Assembly (NCBI GenBank): GCA_964549165.1
Contig: CAZJUH010000001.1
Coordinates: 140,566-191,792, forward strand
Source of the DNA: an uncultured Gammaproteobacteria bacterium
Lineage (GTDB): Bacteria > Patescibacteriota > Microgenomatia > UBA12405
DNA: 51,227 nt
Reading direction: 5' to 3'
Below, one piece after another: positions 9,567-18,696 of this stretch; the stretch's first letter is position 1, and each line of letters begins with the position of its first letter. The notes beneath the pieces are model-generated. The model ran no database searches, was not told where the DNA came from, and saw only the letters and a program-made list of their open reading frames with translations. A program made the position numbers and the translations under genes.

Positions 9567-11081
9567 ATGAATAAAAACACTAAAAGATATCGTTTTTATG
9601 AAATGATTCCCGGCGTTTTTGCTTGGTTTGTGATTCTTTTCCCTATCTGGGGATCATTTCTACTGCCAAAAGCTGTCGCCTATTTTGTCTTGGCATTTTT
9701 AGTTTATTGGCTCTATAAATCATTCAAGTCAGCCATCCTAGCAGTTTTTGGATATTTCAAAATTCAAAAGGCGAAAGACACTAATTGGCTTGAAAAATTC
9801 AAGCAGGATTTTCGGGCTTCTTGGCTTCGTTATCAAGATATCAATCATGTTGTCATTATTTCCTCCTACAAAGAGCCCCTCGAGATCATCGAAATGGCCT
9901 TTTCCAGCCTTGCTTCCCAAATTGATGTCGATCTTAAAAAAATTCATGTCATATTAGCTCAGGAGGCTCGGGCGGGACAGGAAAATAATCAAAAAACAAT
10001 TAATTATTTTCAAAAAAAATATAAATCCGCTTTTGGCTCCCTAACTTTTACCGAACACCCAAGTAATTTACCCGGAGAAATTGCCGGCAAGCATACCAAC
10101 GAAGCTTGGGCTGCCAAATATTTCAAAAAACATTATTTTAATAATGCTAATTGTAAATTAAAGATTGAAAACTGTACCCTGACTTCTTGTGATGTTGACA
10201 CTATCTTTCACCCCAAATATTTCTCGGCTCTAACATACCATTTTGCCTCAAATCCAAACCGTTATTTTCGATTTTGGCAATCGCCTATTTTTTGGCATCA
10301 CAATATTAATAGTGTTCCCGCTTTTATTAGAATTACCGGGACTATGGGTAATGCTATTCACATTGCCAATATTCAAGAGCCTGACGGCATTTTTTTTAAC
10401 TACTCCTGTTATTCTTCTTCTTATAAATTAATTGATTCCGTTGGTTACTGGGATCCTGACATGATTCCTGAGGATTGGCATATTTTTTTACAGACCTTTT
10501 TTGCCACCGGTGGTCGGACCTTGGTTAACCCCATTTTCTTACCCACTATTGTTGATGCCCCCGACGGTAAAAATTATTTTTCAGCTCTACAAAATCGTTA
10601 TAATCAGTGTCTTCGGCATGCCTGGGGGGCTATCGATATTCCCTATGCCATTGAGCAGTCTCGTCTTCATCCTGAGATTTCCTGGCTAACTAGAGCTCTA
10701 AGAATTTATAAACTAATTCAAACTCATTTTATCTGGTCGAGTAATTGGTTTATTCTGACCCTTGGCACCTCACTTCCAGTTGCTCTCAACCCTTATTTTT
10801 TTAATACCACTCTTGGCTATAACCTGCCCAGAATTGCCAATCTAATTTTGACAATTTGCCTTGTCCCCATGTTTGTTCTCATTGCCCTTGATTGGAAACT
10901 TAGGCCAACTTACCAAAAAAAGGGTTTTCGGAATATTCTCAAAAATATTTTTCAATGGCCGATGATGCCTATTGCCACCCTGACCATGTCAGTATTACCG
11001 GGACTACATTCTCACACCCGACTTCTTTTAGGTCGCAGGTTAGAATATAAAACTACTCAAAAGACTTCTAGTGTAAAATAA
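9567..11081 (+). CDS. Membrane glycosyltransferase, family 2-like
   Basis: SYKEP, TSCDVDT (DxD), IPEDWH and QCLRHAWG (QxxRW-like) motifs with flanking TM helices; start set at ATG 9567 after the TATAAT box. Confidence 0.85.
   Translation: MNKNTKRYRFYEMIPGVFAWFVILFPIWGSFLLPKAVAYFVLAFLVYWLYKSFKSAILAVFGYFKIQKAKDTNWLEKFKQDFRASWLRYQDINHVVIISSYKEPLEIIEMAFSSLASQIDVDLKKIHVILAQEARAGQENNQKTINYFQKKYKSAFGSLTFTEHPSNLPGEIAGKHTNEAWAAKYFKKHYFNNANCKLKIENCTLTSCDVDTIFHPKYFSALTYHFASNPNRYFRFWQSPIFWHHNINSVPAFIRITGTMGNAIHIANIQEPDGIFFNYSCYSSSYKLIDSVGYWDPDMIPEDWHIFLQTFFATGGRTLVNPIFLPTIVDAPDGKNYFSALQNRYNQCLRHAWGAIDIPYAIEQSRLHPEISWLTRALRIYKLIQTHFIWSSNWFILTLGTSLPVALNPYFFNTTLGYNLPRIANLILTICLVPMFVLIALDWKLRPTYQKKGFRNILKNIFQWPMMPIATLTMSVLPGLHSHTRLLLGRRLEYKTTQKTSSVK
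10146..10173 (+). repeat. Degenerate heptamer array GCTAATT GTAAATT AAAGATT GAAAACT (ANCKLKIEN) inside the GT2 gene
   Basis: Read directly; same register as the other copies. Confidence 0.75.
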
Positions 11082-11088
11082 ACACAGT

Positions 11089-12495
11089 ATGCTTTATGCT
11101 ATTTTGTTTTTTCTTCTCCGTCTTCCTTCCCTCTTCGAACCCTACTGGTATGGAGACGAGGGGATATACTTAGCCCTTGGGCAGGGAATTCGTCACGGTT
11201 TATTGCTTTTTCAACAGGTCCACGACAATAAACCTCCCACTCTTTATTATCTAGCCGCTTTCGCTCGCACCGTTTTTGGTTTTCGCCTTTTACTTTTGTT
11301 ATTTATGATTCCCACTGTTTACGTTTTTTATTTACTCTCAAAAAAAATTCTAGTTTCGCGTCTCTCGTTTCAGTTGTCTACTCTCTTATTTCTTATTCTA
11401 ACTTCCATTCCTTTTTTTGAGGGTAATATCGCTAATGCCGAAGTTTTCATGCTCCTTCCCACCATCCTAGCCTTTTATTTATTTTATAAATATTCTCAAT
11501 TTTCAGGCTTGCCCGCCAAAGCCTTGGCGTCGGCGGGATTACTACTTGGCCTGGCTTTTACCATCAAGGTTCCCGTGGCTATCGAGTTTGCCTTTCTCTC
11601 TCTCTGGATTTTGATTTTTTATAAATCCAAATTTAAAAATCTTTTCATTTTTTCTTTTTCTTTTTTAACCCCGATCACTTTATATCTAATCTATTTTGCG
11701 GTTAAGGGCGCTCTCCAGCCCTTTCTCTTTGCTACTTTTCTTCAAAATTTTGGCTATCTCTCTTCCTGGTCAACCGGCTCTCAGCAAGTTTCTATGGCCT
11801 CGGGTGGTTTATTTGGTCGGGGAATAATTCTTCTCATCCTTTGGCTTTTTTCATTTCTTCTTTTTCATTTTAAAAAAATTTCTAAAAACATTTTCTTTCT
11901 CTCGGCTTGGTTTTTTGCCGCTCTTTTTGGGGCCCTTTTATCGGGTCGACCCTATCCTCATTACTTAATCCAGGTTTTACCTCCTCTTTGCCTGCTCTTG
12001 TTTTTCTTTTTCAAATCAAAATTATGGGTACTTTTTGTATTTTCTCTCTTTATTGCCTCTCTTTTTCGTTATAAATTTTATTTTTATCCTGTTTTTTCCT
12101 ATTATCTTAATTTTTATAGCTATGCCATTGGTAAAAAAAATATCGATAATTATCGAGGGTATTTTGGTTACGATATGACTCAAAATTATCTCCTCGCCAG
12201 TAAAATAAAATCACTGACTAGTCCCAGTGACAAAATTTATGTCTGGGGAGATCAGTCGTATCTCTTTCCTCTCAGTGATCGACTCCCGGCTACCAAATAC
12301 ATCGTGTCTTACCATGTCGTTGATTTCAAGGCTCACGATCTGACTATTTCCGAGCTCAAACTAACTACCCCTAAAATAATAATTTATTATCCCCAGCCTT
12401 CACGCCCCTTTCCGCAGCTTGATAATTTTATCGCTAACTATTATGTTCTTATTGATCAGGTTGGGGGAGCTTACCTTTTTAAATTTCGGGAATAA
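11089..12495 (+). CDS. Polytopic membrane glycosyltransferase (GT-C, PMT/ArnT-like)
   Basis: WYGDEGIY and DNKPPTLYYL motifs near the N-terminus, many TM segments, soluble C-terminal tail. Confidence 0.75.
   Translation: MLYAILFFLLRLPSLFEPYWYGDEGIYLALGQGIRHGLLLFQQVHDNKPPTLYYLAAFARTVFGFRLLLLLFMIPTVYVFYLLSKKILVSRLSFQLSTLLFLILTSIPFFEGNIANAEVFMLLPTILAFYLFYKYSQFSGLPAKALASAGLLLGLAFTIKVPVAIEFAFLSLWILIFYKSKFKNLFIFSFSFLTPITLYLIYFAVKGALQPFLFATFLQNFGYLSSWSTGSQQVSMASGGLFGRGIILLILWLFSFLLFHFKKISKNIFFLSAWFFAALFGALLSGRPYPHYLIQVLPPLCLLLFFFFKSKLWVLFVFSLFIASLFRYKFYFYPVFSYYLNFYSYAIGKKNIDNYRGYFGYDMTQNYLLASKIKSLTSPSDKIYVWGDQSYLFPLSDRLPATKYIVSYHVVDFKAHDLTISELKLTTPKIIIYYPQPSRPFPQLDNFIANYYVLIDQVGGAYLFKFRE
11512..11537. 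repeat. GC-rich palindrome CCCGCCAAAGCCTTGGCGTCGGCGGG in frame (LPAKALASAG)
   Basis: CCCGCC/GGCGGG arms with inner GCC/GGC; a GC-rich patch in an AT-rich gene. Confidence 0.7.
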
Positions 12496-12498
12496 GTC

Positions 12499-12870
12499 AT
12501 GAACTTCTTTTCTTCATTTTTCGGCAATTTGGGTAAATTTTGGCAGGGGACTCTAAATTCACAGTTTTTTCGATATAGTCTTTTTTTATTTTTCTTTCAA
12601 ATAATTTTGATTATTTGGTTTTATAATCAGTTGCCCCCAGAAATTCCCATCTTTTTTTCTCGTCCCTGGGGTGAGTCTTGGCTTTCTTCTCCATCCTCAA
12701 TTTTTATTCTCCCCCTATTTTCCTTATTAATTCTACTTTTAAATTATTTTCTCGCCCTATATTTTTACGCCCAAAAAGTTCTACTTTCTGGGCTTTTGGT
12801 GGTTTTTGGATTTATTATTTCTCTCTTTTCCACTGTTTCACTTTTACAGATTATAAGTCTGGCAATCTGA
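12499..12870 (+). CDS. Small membrane protein (DUF1648-like)
   Basis: Three hydrophobic segments and a QLPPEIPIFFSRPWG motif. Confidence 0.6.
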   Translation: MNFFSSFFGNLGKFWQGTLNSQFFRYSLFLFFFQIILIIWFYNQLPPEIPIFFSRPWGESWLSSPSSIFILPLFSLLILLLNYFLALYFYAQKVLLSGLLVVFGFIISLFSTVSLLQIISLAI

Positions 12871-13928
12871 TGAGTTTTTTCTATTTATTGGCTTTACCTA
12901 CGGCTTTTTTTATTTCTTATTTCACCACTCCCTTCGTTATTAAATTTTTTCATTCTCACCACTGGATCGAAGATCCAAAAATTAAGCAGCAAATTAGTGG
13001 CAATGCCACCGCTACCAGGCCCGTTCCAAGAGGTGGTGGCTTGCCTATCTTTATTAGCGTTTTTATAACCTCTTTAATATTTTTGCCTTTAGATAAACAC
13101 TTAATTGGTATTTTACTGGCCTCATTTTTTGCCCTAATTATTGGTCTTTTTGATGATGTTAAAGATATTAGTCCTCTTTTTCGTCTGGCAACCAATTTTT
13201 TTTCCGCTATACTTGTCGTGGCAGCTGGCATCGGAATTGCCTATGTTTCAAACCCCTTCGGGGGTGTTTTTGATTTATCTCACCCCCAAATCTTTTTTTC
13301 CTTTTTAGGAACGCCTCATTCAATCTGGCTTCTGGCGGATATACTGGCAATTTTTTGGATTGTCTGGTGTATGAACTTTGTTGGCTGGGCTTCGGGAGTA
13401 GATGGTCAACTACCTGGTTTTATTTCAATCTCCGCTATATTTATCGGTATTCTTGGTCTAAAGTTTCAAAACGACGTCACTCAGTGGCCGGTAATTATAC
13501 TTGCTTTCACTGTCGCTGGTGCCTATTTGGGTTTTTTACCTTTCAATTTTTACCCTCAAAAAATTATGCCTGGTTATAGTGGCAAATCTCTTGCTGGTCT
13601 ATTTCTCGCCATTCTTTCTATTTTATCGGGAGCCAAGCTCGCCACGGTCATCTTTTTGCTGGGCCTTCCCATGCTAGACGCCATCTTTGTCATCATTTAT
13701 CGTCTTTGGCACCACCGTTCTCCTTTTAAATCAGACAGCAATCACCTCCATCACCAGTTATTAAAATTAGGCTGGGGGCGAAGACGGATTTCTCTTTTTT
13801 ACTGGTCTCTCAGTTTAGTTTTAGGATTTTTGTCTTTAACTTTAAACAGTCAACAAAAATTTTATGTTTTCATCGGTCTGGCTATTATCTTTTTTGGATT
13901 TACTCTTAAATTTTTTCGGCGTATTTAG
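12870..13928 (+). CDS. MraY/WecA-family undecaprenyl-phosphate sugar-1-phosphate transferase
   Basis: PVPRGGG, GLFDD, GVDGQ, FNFYPQKIMPG and HLHHQL motifs; start ATG 12870 overlaps the upstream stop. Confidence 0.9.
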   Translation: MSFFYLLALPTAFFISYFTTPFVIKFFHSHHWIEDPKIKQQISGNATATRPVPRGGGLPIFISVFITSLIFLPLDKHLIGILLASFFALIIGLFDDVKDISPLFRLATNFFSAILVVAAGIGIAYVSNPFGGVFDLSHPQIFFSFLGTPHSIWLLADILAIFWIVWCMNFVGWASGVDGQLPGFISISAIFIGILGLKFQNDVTQWPVIILAFTVAGAYLGFLPFNFYPQKIMPGYSGKSLAGLFLAILSILSGAKLATVIFLLGLPMLDAIFVIIYRLWHHRSPFKSDSNHLHHQLLKLGWGRRRISLFYWSLSLVLGFLSLTLNSQQKFYVFIGLAIIFFGFTLKFFRRI

Positions 13929-14682
13929 CAAAGATCCATCCATTTTTATTGTCAAATTTTATTTGATACCAATCAGCATTTTCCTCAAGTAGTTCATAGC
14001 TTTCTCCTGGTTTTACTCGACCAACTTCAATTCCTCCACTATTTGGTAAATTTCTTACTCGAAGCCACCCTGTTTCCGTTTCTTTAATTTTGACCATGGG
14101 GGCTATTTGTTTAACTGGGCTTAGTACTTCAATATTTTTTGCTATTTCTTCTTTTTCTAATTTTGCATCAATGATAATTTGGTAATTGTTAACCATTTTT
14201 ACGATTAAATTCACATTTTTGAAGCCGGAGTATCTTAGAGAAATTTTTTTATCACCCTCACTTACATTTTCAATTTTAGCTGGACTGCTTGCCTTCACCT
14301 CTCCGTCTATAAATATCATTGCCCCACCCGGACTAGAATTAATTAAAATACTCCCATCTTCCCCGCTTTTTTCCATCGACAGAATATAGCCACTATTAGC
14401 GTCTTTATTTAGGTTCCAATTAACCACTGTGGTGACATTATTTTGGAGCTTAATTTCTCTCTCCCAACTATTTCCCTCGTCCTCTAGTTTAATTTTTATA
14501 TTTCCAGGTTTCAAAGAATTGTTTTTATAAGGCGTCATTCCGCTTTCTTTCCCATTAAGATATACTTTAGCTATGGGTGAACTAACAATTTCAACTCCAG
14601 ATTTTTCCACCCCACAGGCTCCCAGAAATAAACTGCTCAGTAAAACGATGACCAAACTAATTTTTATTTTTTGCCTAATCAT
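13906..14682 (-). CDS. PEGA-domain plus C-terminal SH3-like exported protein
   Basis: Lipoprotein-like signal (LFLGAC), two PEGA-like repeats (SSP.A.VYLNG...G.TP), GWLRVR...WYQI...GWI SH3b-like end; start after TATAAT 14695-14700. Confidence 0.8.
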   Translation of the reverse strand: MIRQKIKISLVIVLLSSLFLGACGVEKSGVEIVSSPIAKVYLNGKESGMTPYKNNSLKPGNIKIKLEDEGNSWEREIKLQNNVTTVVNWNLNKDANSGYILSMEKSGEDGSILINSSPGGAMIFIDGEVKASSPAKIENVSEGDKKISLRYSGFKNVNLIVKMVNNYQIIIDAKLEKEEIAKNIEVLSPVKQIAPMVKIKETETGWLRVRNLPNSGGIEVGRVKPGESYELLEENADWYQIKFDNKNGWIFAKYAEKI

Positions 14683-15592
14683 TTTCTCTCTCCTATTATA
14701 TTTTATTTTTTCCCCTAAAGCTCTTTTATCTCCCCTCGTCTTGCCCTTCGTCTCGCCAGAGCTTACTAGCGAAGGCGGATCTCTTCCCACTCCTACCTTA
14801 GTCCCTACTGTCACCCTGGGTCTTGTTGGAGATTTAGGTCTCGGTCGTCATATTACTTCGACTGCCCGAAATAAAAAAGATTTTTCTTGGTCTTTTCAGC
14901 AGATTTCTCCTTGGCTATTATCAAATGATTTTAATCTGGCCAATTTAGAAAGCCCTATCATCACTGATTGTCCCCAGGGTTTAACAGGCACCTTCACCTT
15001 TTGTGGTGATGATAGATTTTTGTCCTATCTTAAGTCAAATAAATTTGTGCTAAATTTAGCCAATAATCACATTTTAAATTATGGTGGTGACGGTTTAAAA
15101 CAAACCCATTCCTTTTTATCTCAAAACGAAATAACGTATTTTCCTGAATTTAGCACTACCACCATCAGTGGCATTAGCTTTGGTTTTTTGGGATACGATT
15201 TTATTACTTATCCAAAACTAGACCCTGCCTCTCTAATTGCTGATGTCGAGAAGCATAATTCTGAGGTTGACTGGCTCATTGTTTCTCTTCACTGGGGGAA
15301 TGAATATTTGCCAAAGGCCGAAACCTGGCGGGTAAATTTAGCTAGAGAGCTCGTCGATGCCGGTGCCGATATCATTCATGGCCATCATCCTCATGTTTGG
15401 CAAGATTATGAAATTTATAAAGAAAAACCCATCTTTTACTCTTTTGGTAATTTTATTTTTGATCAGTCTTGGTCCTACGAAACCTCTCATTCCCAGATTG
15501 CTAAACTAATCCTTTCCAAAACAAAAGTTGAAAATCTCGACCTTTTTCCCATCGAAATCAAGTTCAACTCCCAACCGGTTTTAATACCCTAA
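14648..15592 (+). CDS. CapA-family metallophosphatase-like protein
   Basis: LVGDLGLG, ANLESP, LANNH, SLHWGNEY, GHHPHV and YSFGNFIFDQ motifs. Confidence 0.88.
   Translation: MTKLIFIFCLIIFSLLLYFIFSPKALLSPLVLPFVSPELTSEGGSLPTPTLVPTVTLGLVGDLGLGRHITSTARNKKDFSWSFQQISPWLLSNDFNLANLESPIITDCPQGLTGTFTFCGDDRFLSYLKSNKFVLNLANNHILNYGGDGLKQTHSFLSQNEITYFPEFSTTTISGISFGFLGYDFITYPKLDPASLIADVEKHNSEVDWLIVSLHWGNEYLPKAETWRVNLARELVDAGADIIHGHHPHVWQDYEIYKEKPIFYSFGNFIFDQSWSYETSHSQIAKLILSKTKVENLDLFPIEIKFNSQPVLIP
14745..14781. repeat. Palindromic element CCTTCG...CGAAGGCGGATC in frame (PFVSPELTSEGGS)
   Basis: CCTTCG/CGAAGG arms; 14772-14781 AAGGCGGATC is identical to 660-669. Confidence 0.55.
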
Positions 15593-15798
15593 ATACATTT
15601 TGGCTGGTATTCTCCCTTTTGATTCAGTTCCAGTATCCCTTCCCAGGTGAAAAATTTTTGTGAAAGTGGTCGAATTCTTAAACTTTTACAGTTATTTATT
15701 AAGCCTAGTTCTTTTTGGCTATCAACAACTAAAATTGCCACCAGTATTATCAAAAAGACAATAATTCCCGACCACCAATACATCATTTTTTTATCCAT
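15589..15798 (-). CDS. Small membrane-anchored hypothetical protein
   Basis: One N-terminal TM helix; overlaps both neighbours by a few nt. Confidence 0.55.
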   Translation of the reverse strand: MDKKMMYWWSGIIVFLIILVAILVVDSQKELGLINNCKSLRIRPLSQKFFTWEGILELNQKGEYQPKCI

Positions 15799-16552
15799 TT
15801 TTTACGGCTTTAATTGCTAAAAACAGAGGGAACTCGCCCCTAGCTCTGTCTTCTATTATAGCCATTGGCCCTTCAGATTTCTTTGGAGAAATCCATTCCT
15901 CTATATTTTTAATTAGAAATCCATTATCAGACAGCATTTCTGCATAGGCTGTTAGGGGATAGTGAAAACTATAAGAAATTTGATTATCTCTTTTATCAAA
16001 AGGACTGGATTCTATAGGAATTTCTAATGGTGATAAATAACTTTCCATAATTCGAAATTGTTTATTATCTTTTACTTCCCAGTCGCTATGTTTTGGAATC
16101 CTAAAAGCCGGATGGTTGATAACTATTAGAAGTTCTCCGCCTTTGTTAAGTAGCTTAGAAAAATTTCTAATTACCCCAAAAGGTTTTTTTACATTTTGGA
16201 GAGCCAAAATAATCATCCCTTTATCAAAACTCCCATAAATTTTTAATTCTTTTGAAATATCTTCAAGGAGGTAAGTATGATTAATATTTTTATCGAGTTT
16301 TTTGGCTTCTTCAATTAATTCGGTCGACAAATCAATTCCCAGATATTTATTTTTTATGTGTCTGCCCATTATGCCCTGACCACAGCCAAGGTCTAAAATC
16401 CTATTTCCGGCTTTTATATCGAGTAGTCGGAGGGAATTCGGGATCACCACTTCTTTGTGATAAAAGTTTCCCTCAGCCCCTACGCTTTTTTTATACCACT
16501 GCGCCACTTTGCCTTTCCAGGCTGTTTTATTAGTATCTTTTTTCCACATCAT
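15791..16552 (-). CDS. Class I SAM-dependent methyltransferase
   Basis: ILDLGCGQG motif I and GIDLS motif II. Confidence 0.85.
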   Translation of the reverse strand: MMWKKDTNKTAWKGKVAQWYKKSVGAEGNFYHKEVVIPNSLRLLDIKAGNRILDLGCGQGIMGRHIKNKYLGIDLSTELIEEAKKLDKNINHTYLLEDISKELKIYGSFDKGMIILALQNVKKPFGVIRNFSKLLNKGGELLIVINHPAFRIPKHSDWEVKDNKQFRIMESYLSPLEIPIESSPFDKRDNQISYSFHYPLTAYAEMLSDNGFLIKNIEEWISPKKSEGPMAIIEDRARGEFPLFLAIKAVKNG

Positions 16553-17087
16553 CCCAGTTTACCACTTGCCACCATTGCTTTATATATTCTGCCCGATTAT
16601 TGAGATAATCTAGATAATAAGCATGTTTCCACACATCTAGTACAAGTATTGGTTTCATTCCGTTCAAACCGAGTAGATTATGTTTTTCGAGCTGTCCAAT
16701 ACTTAAATTATTTTCATCGTCTTTCCAAAGTACTGCCCATCCAGACCCTTCCACACTCACTGCCGCTTGGCTAAATTCTTTTTGAAAATTTTCATAGCTG
16801 CCAAAATTTGAATTTATCATTTCCAAAATATTTCCTTCCGGCAAATTATTTTCTCTAGCTTTCCTCATATTGGCAAAAAACAATTCATGCATTTTGGCAC
16901 CATTATAGTTAAAACTAAAATCTCTCATTGCTTCGCGGTTTTTTTCAGTTTTTTCTAAAGCCGCGTTCGCCGCGTTAACGTAAGCCGCGTAATGTTTATC
17001 GTGGTGTAATTCCATGATTCGTTTGGAAATTACCGGCTCGAGTTCTTCAAGGGTATAAGGCAAGGGAATTATATTTAGTGTATTCAT
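16530..17087 (-). CDS. sod: Fe/Mn superoxide dismutase, divergent
   Basis: LPY...LEP...LHHDKH, EGSGWAVL and LDVWKHAYY (E>K versus the DVWEHAY consensus). Confidence 0.85.
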   Translation of the reverse strand: MNTLNIIPLPYTLEELEPVISKRIMELHHDKHYAAYVNAANAALEKTEKNREAMRDFSFNYNGAKMHELFFANMRKARENNLPEGNILEMINSNFGSYENFQKEFSQAAVSVEGSGWAVLWKDDENNLSIGQLEKHNLLGLNGMKPILVLDVWKHAYYLDYLNNRAEYIKQWWQVVNWDDVEKRY

Positions 17088-17166
17088 ACTACTACTATTT
17101 TAGTATTAGTATTAACCTTTTGTCAATATATTTTTCTCAACTTCTTTTTAGGGGTTATAATTACCT

Positions 17167-17925
17167 GTGATTTTAATTAAAACTCCGATTCAAATACAAG
17201 GTATAAGAGCTTCTTCAAAACTGGCTGCCGCCACCCTAAAACACACCGCCTCTTTTATAAAAGTAGGTATTTCCACCGAGGAGTTAAACAAAATTGCTCA
17301 TGATTATATTATTTCCCACGGTGCCATTCCCGCGCCTCTAAATTATGGCGGTTTCCCTAAAAGCATTTGCACATCGATAAACGATGTTGTCTGTCACGGT
17401 ATTCCTTCCAAAAAAGAAATCTTGAAAGAAGGGGATATTGTTAATATCGATATTACCACCATTTTAAATGGTTATTATGGTGACACCTCCGCTTCTTATC
17501 CAGTTGGAAAAACCAGTAAAGAAGCTCAGTTTCTAATTGAGCGTACAAAAAATTCCCTTGATTTAGCGATTAAATCTGTCAAGGCCGGCAAATATCTGAA
17601 TGATTGTGTCGGCAAAGTTATCGAGAATTACATTACTCCTTTTGGTTATTCTGTTGTCCGTGATCTGGGAGGTCACGGTGTCGGTCTTAAATTCCACGAA
17701 GATCCTTTCGTTTTTCATCATTACACTTCTCAAAATCATATTCTGTTAAAGGCGGGGATGATTTTTACCATTGAGCCCATGATTAATGGCTCTGAAAATT
17801 GGCACGTTTATCAAGATAAAAATGATGGCTGGACAATCCGGACGGAGGACGGCTCTCTCTCGGCTCAGTTTGAACACACTATTTTGGTTACTGATTCCGG
17901 AGCGGAGATTCTAACAAAAATATGA
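17167..17925 (+). CDS. map: Methionine aminopeptidase type I
   Basis: SINDVVCHGIP, NIDIT, GDTS, GHGVG, FTIEPMIN and AQFEHT motifs; GTG start 5 nt after TATAAT. Confidence 0.95.
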   Translation: MILIKTPIQIQGIRASSKLAAATLKHTASFIKVGISTEELNKIAHDYIISHGAIPAPLNYGGFPKSICTSINDVVCHGIPSKKEILKEGDIVNIDITTILNGYYGDTSASYPVGKTSKEAQFLIERTKNSLDLAIKSVKAGKYLNDCVGKVIENYITPFGYSVVRDLGGHGVGLKFHEDPFVFHHYTSQNHILLKAGMIFTIEPMINGSENWHVYQDKNDGWTIRTEDGSLSAQFEHTILVTDSGAEILTKI

Positions 17926-18695
17926 TTCTTTTAGATGGCAAATCTCTTTCAGAAAAAATTCTCTCCCATCTTAAAGTGAAGATTGAAGATTGTAAATCTA
18001 TAATTAATCTAGACATTGTCTTAGTCGGGGATAATCCCTCATCTCTTAAGTACATCGCCCTTAAACAAAAAAGAGCCAGAGAGGTCGGCATTGGCGGTCA
18101 ACTATATCATTATTCTGAGACTATCTCTCAAGACCAAATTTTAGAGTTATTCAATAAGCTAAATGAAGATCCTAATACAACTGGCTATTTCATTCAATTA
18201 CCAATCCCAAATATACGGCAAATAACACCACTATTGAATAACATAAATATACACAAAGATGCGGACGGTTTAAACCCCAGTTCGGGTGTAACTCCGGCAG
18301 TGGTCAGGGGTATTATTTCTCTTTTAAAACACTATCAAATTTCTTTTGACCATAAAAATATTGTTATCGTTAACGACTCAAATTTGATTGGTCAACCACT
18401 TAAAAAATATTTTTCTGATTTTACTTCGCAAATTATTTTACTTAATGATCAAAGCGTTGATTTAACCTCTATTACAAAAAAAGCCGATATCTTAATTTCC
18501 GCCACCGGGGTAAAAAACCTTATCACAGCTGATATGATAAAAGAAAATTCAGTGGTGGTTGATGTGGCAAATGGCGATGTCGACTTCGAATCTGTTTCTA
18601 AAATTGCCTCTTTTATCACCCCCACTTTTGGTGGAGTTGGCCCCATGACCGTCGCTTCTCTGCTTCAAAACACTTACGATCTCGCTACTAAATAA
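17922..18695 (+). CDS. folD: Methylenetetrahydrofolate dehydrogenase/cyclohydrolase
   Basis: VGDNPSS..Y...K, IQLP, KDADG, ADILISATG and GGVGPMTVASL motifs. Confidence 0.9.
   Translation: MILLDGKSLSEKILSHLKVKIEDCKSIINLDIVLVGDNPSSLKYIALKQKRAREVGIGGQLYHYSETISQDQILELFNKLNEDPNTTGYFIQLPIPNIRQITPLLNNINIHKDADGLNPSSGVTPAVVRGIISLLKHYQISFDHKNIVIVNDSNLIGQPLKKYFSDFTSQIILLNDQSVDLTSITKKADILISATGVKNLITADMIKENSVVVDVANGDVDFESVSKIASFITPTFGGVGPMTVASLLQNTYDLATK
17978..17998 (+). repeat. Heptamer array GAAGATT GAAGATT GTAAATC (KIEDCK) inside folD
   Basis: Read directly; 17978-17997 is identical to 631-650. Confidence 0.88.
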
Positions 18696-18696
18696 T

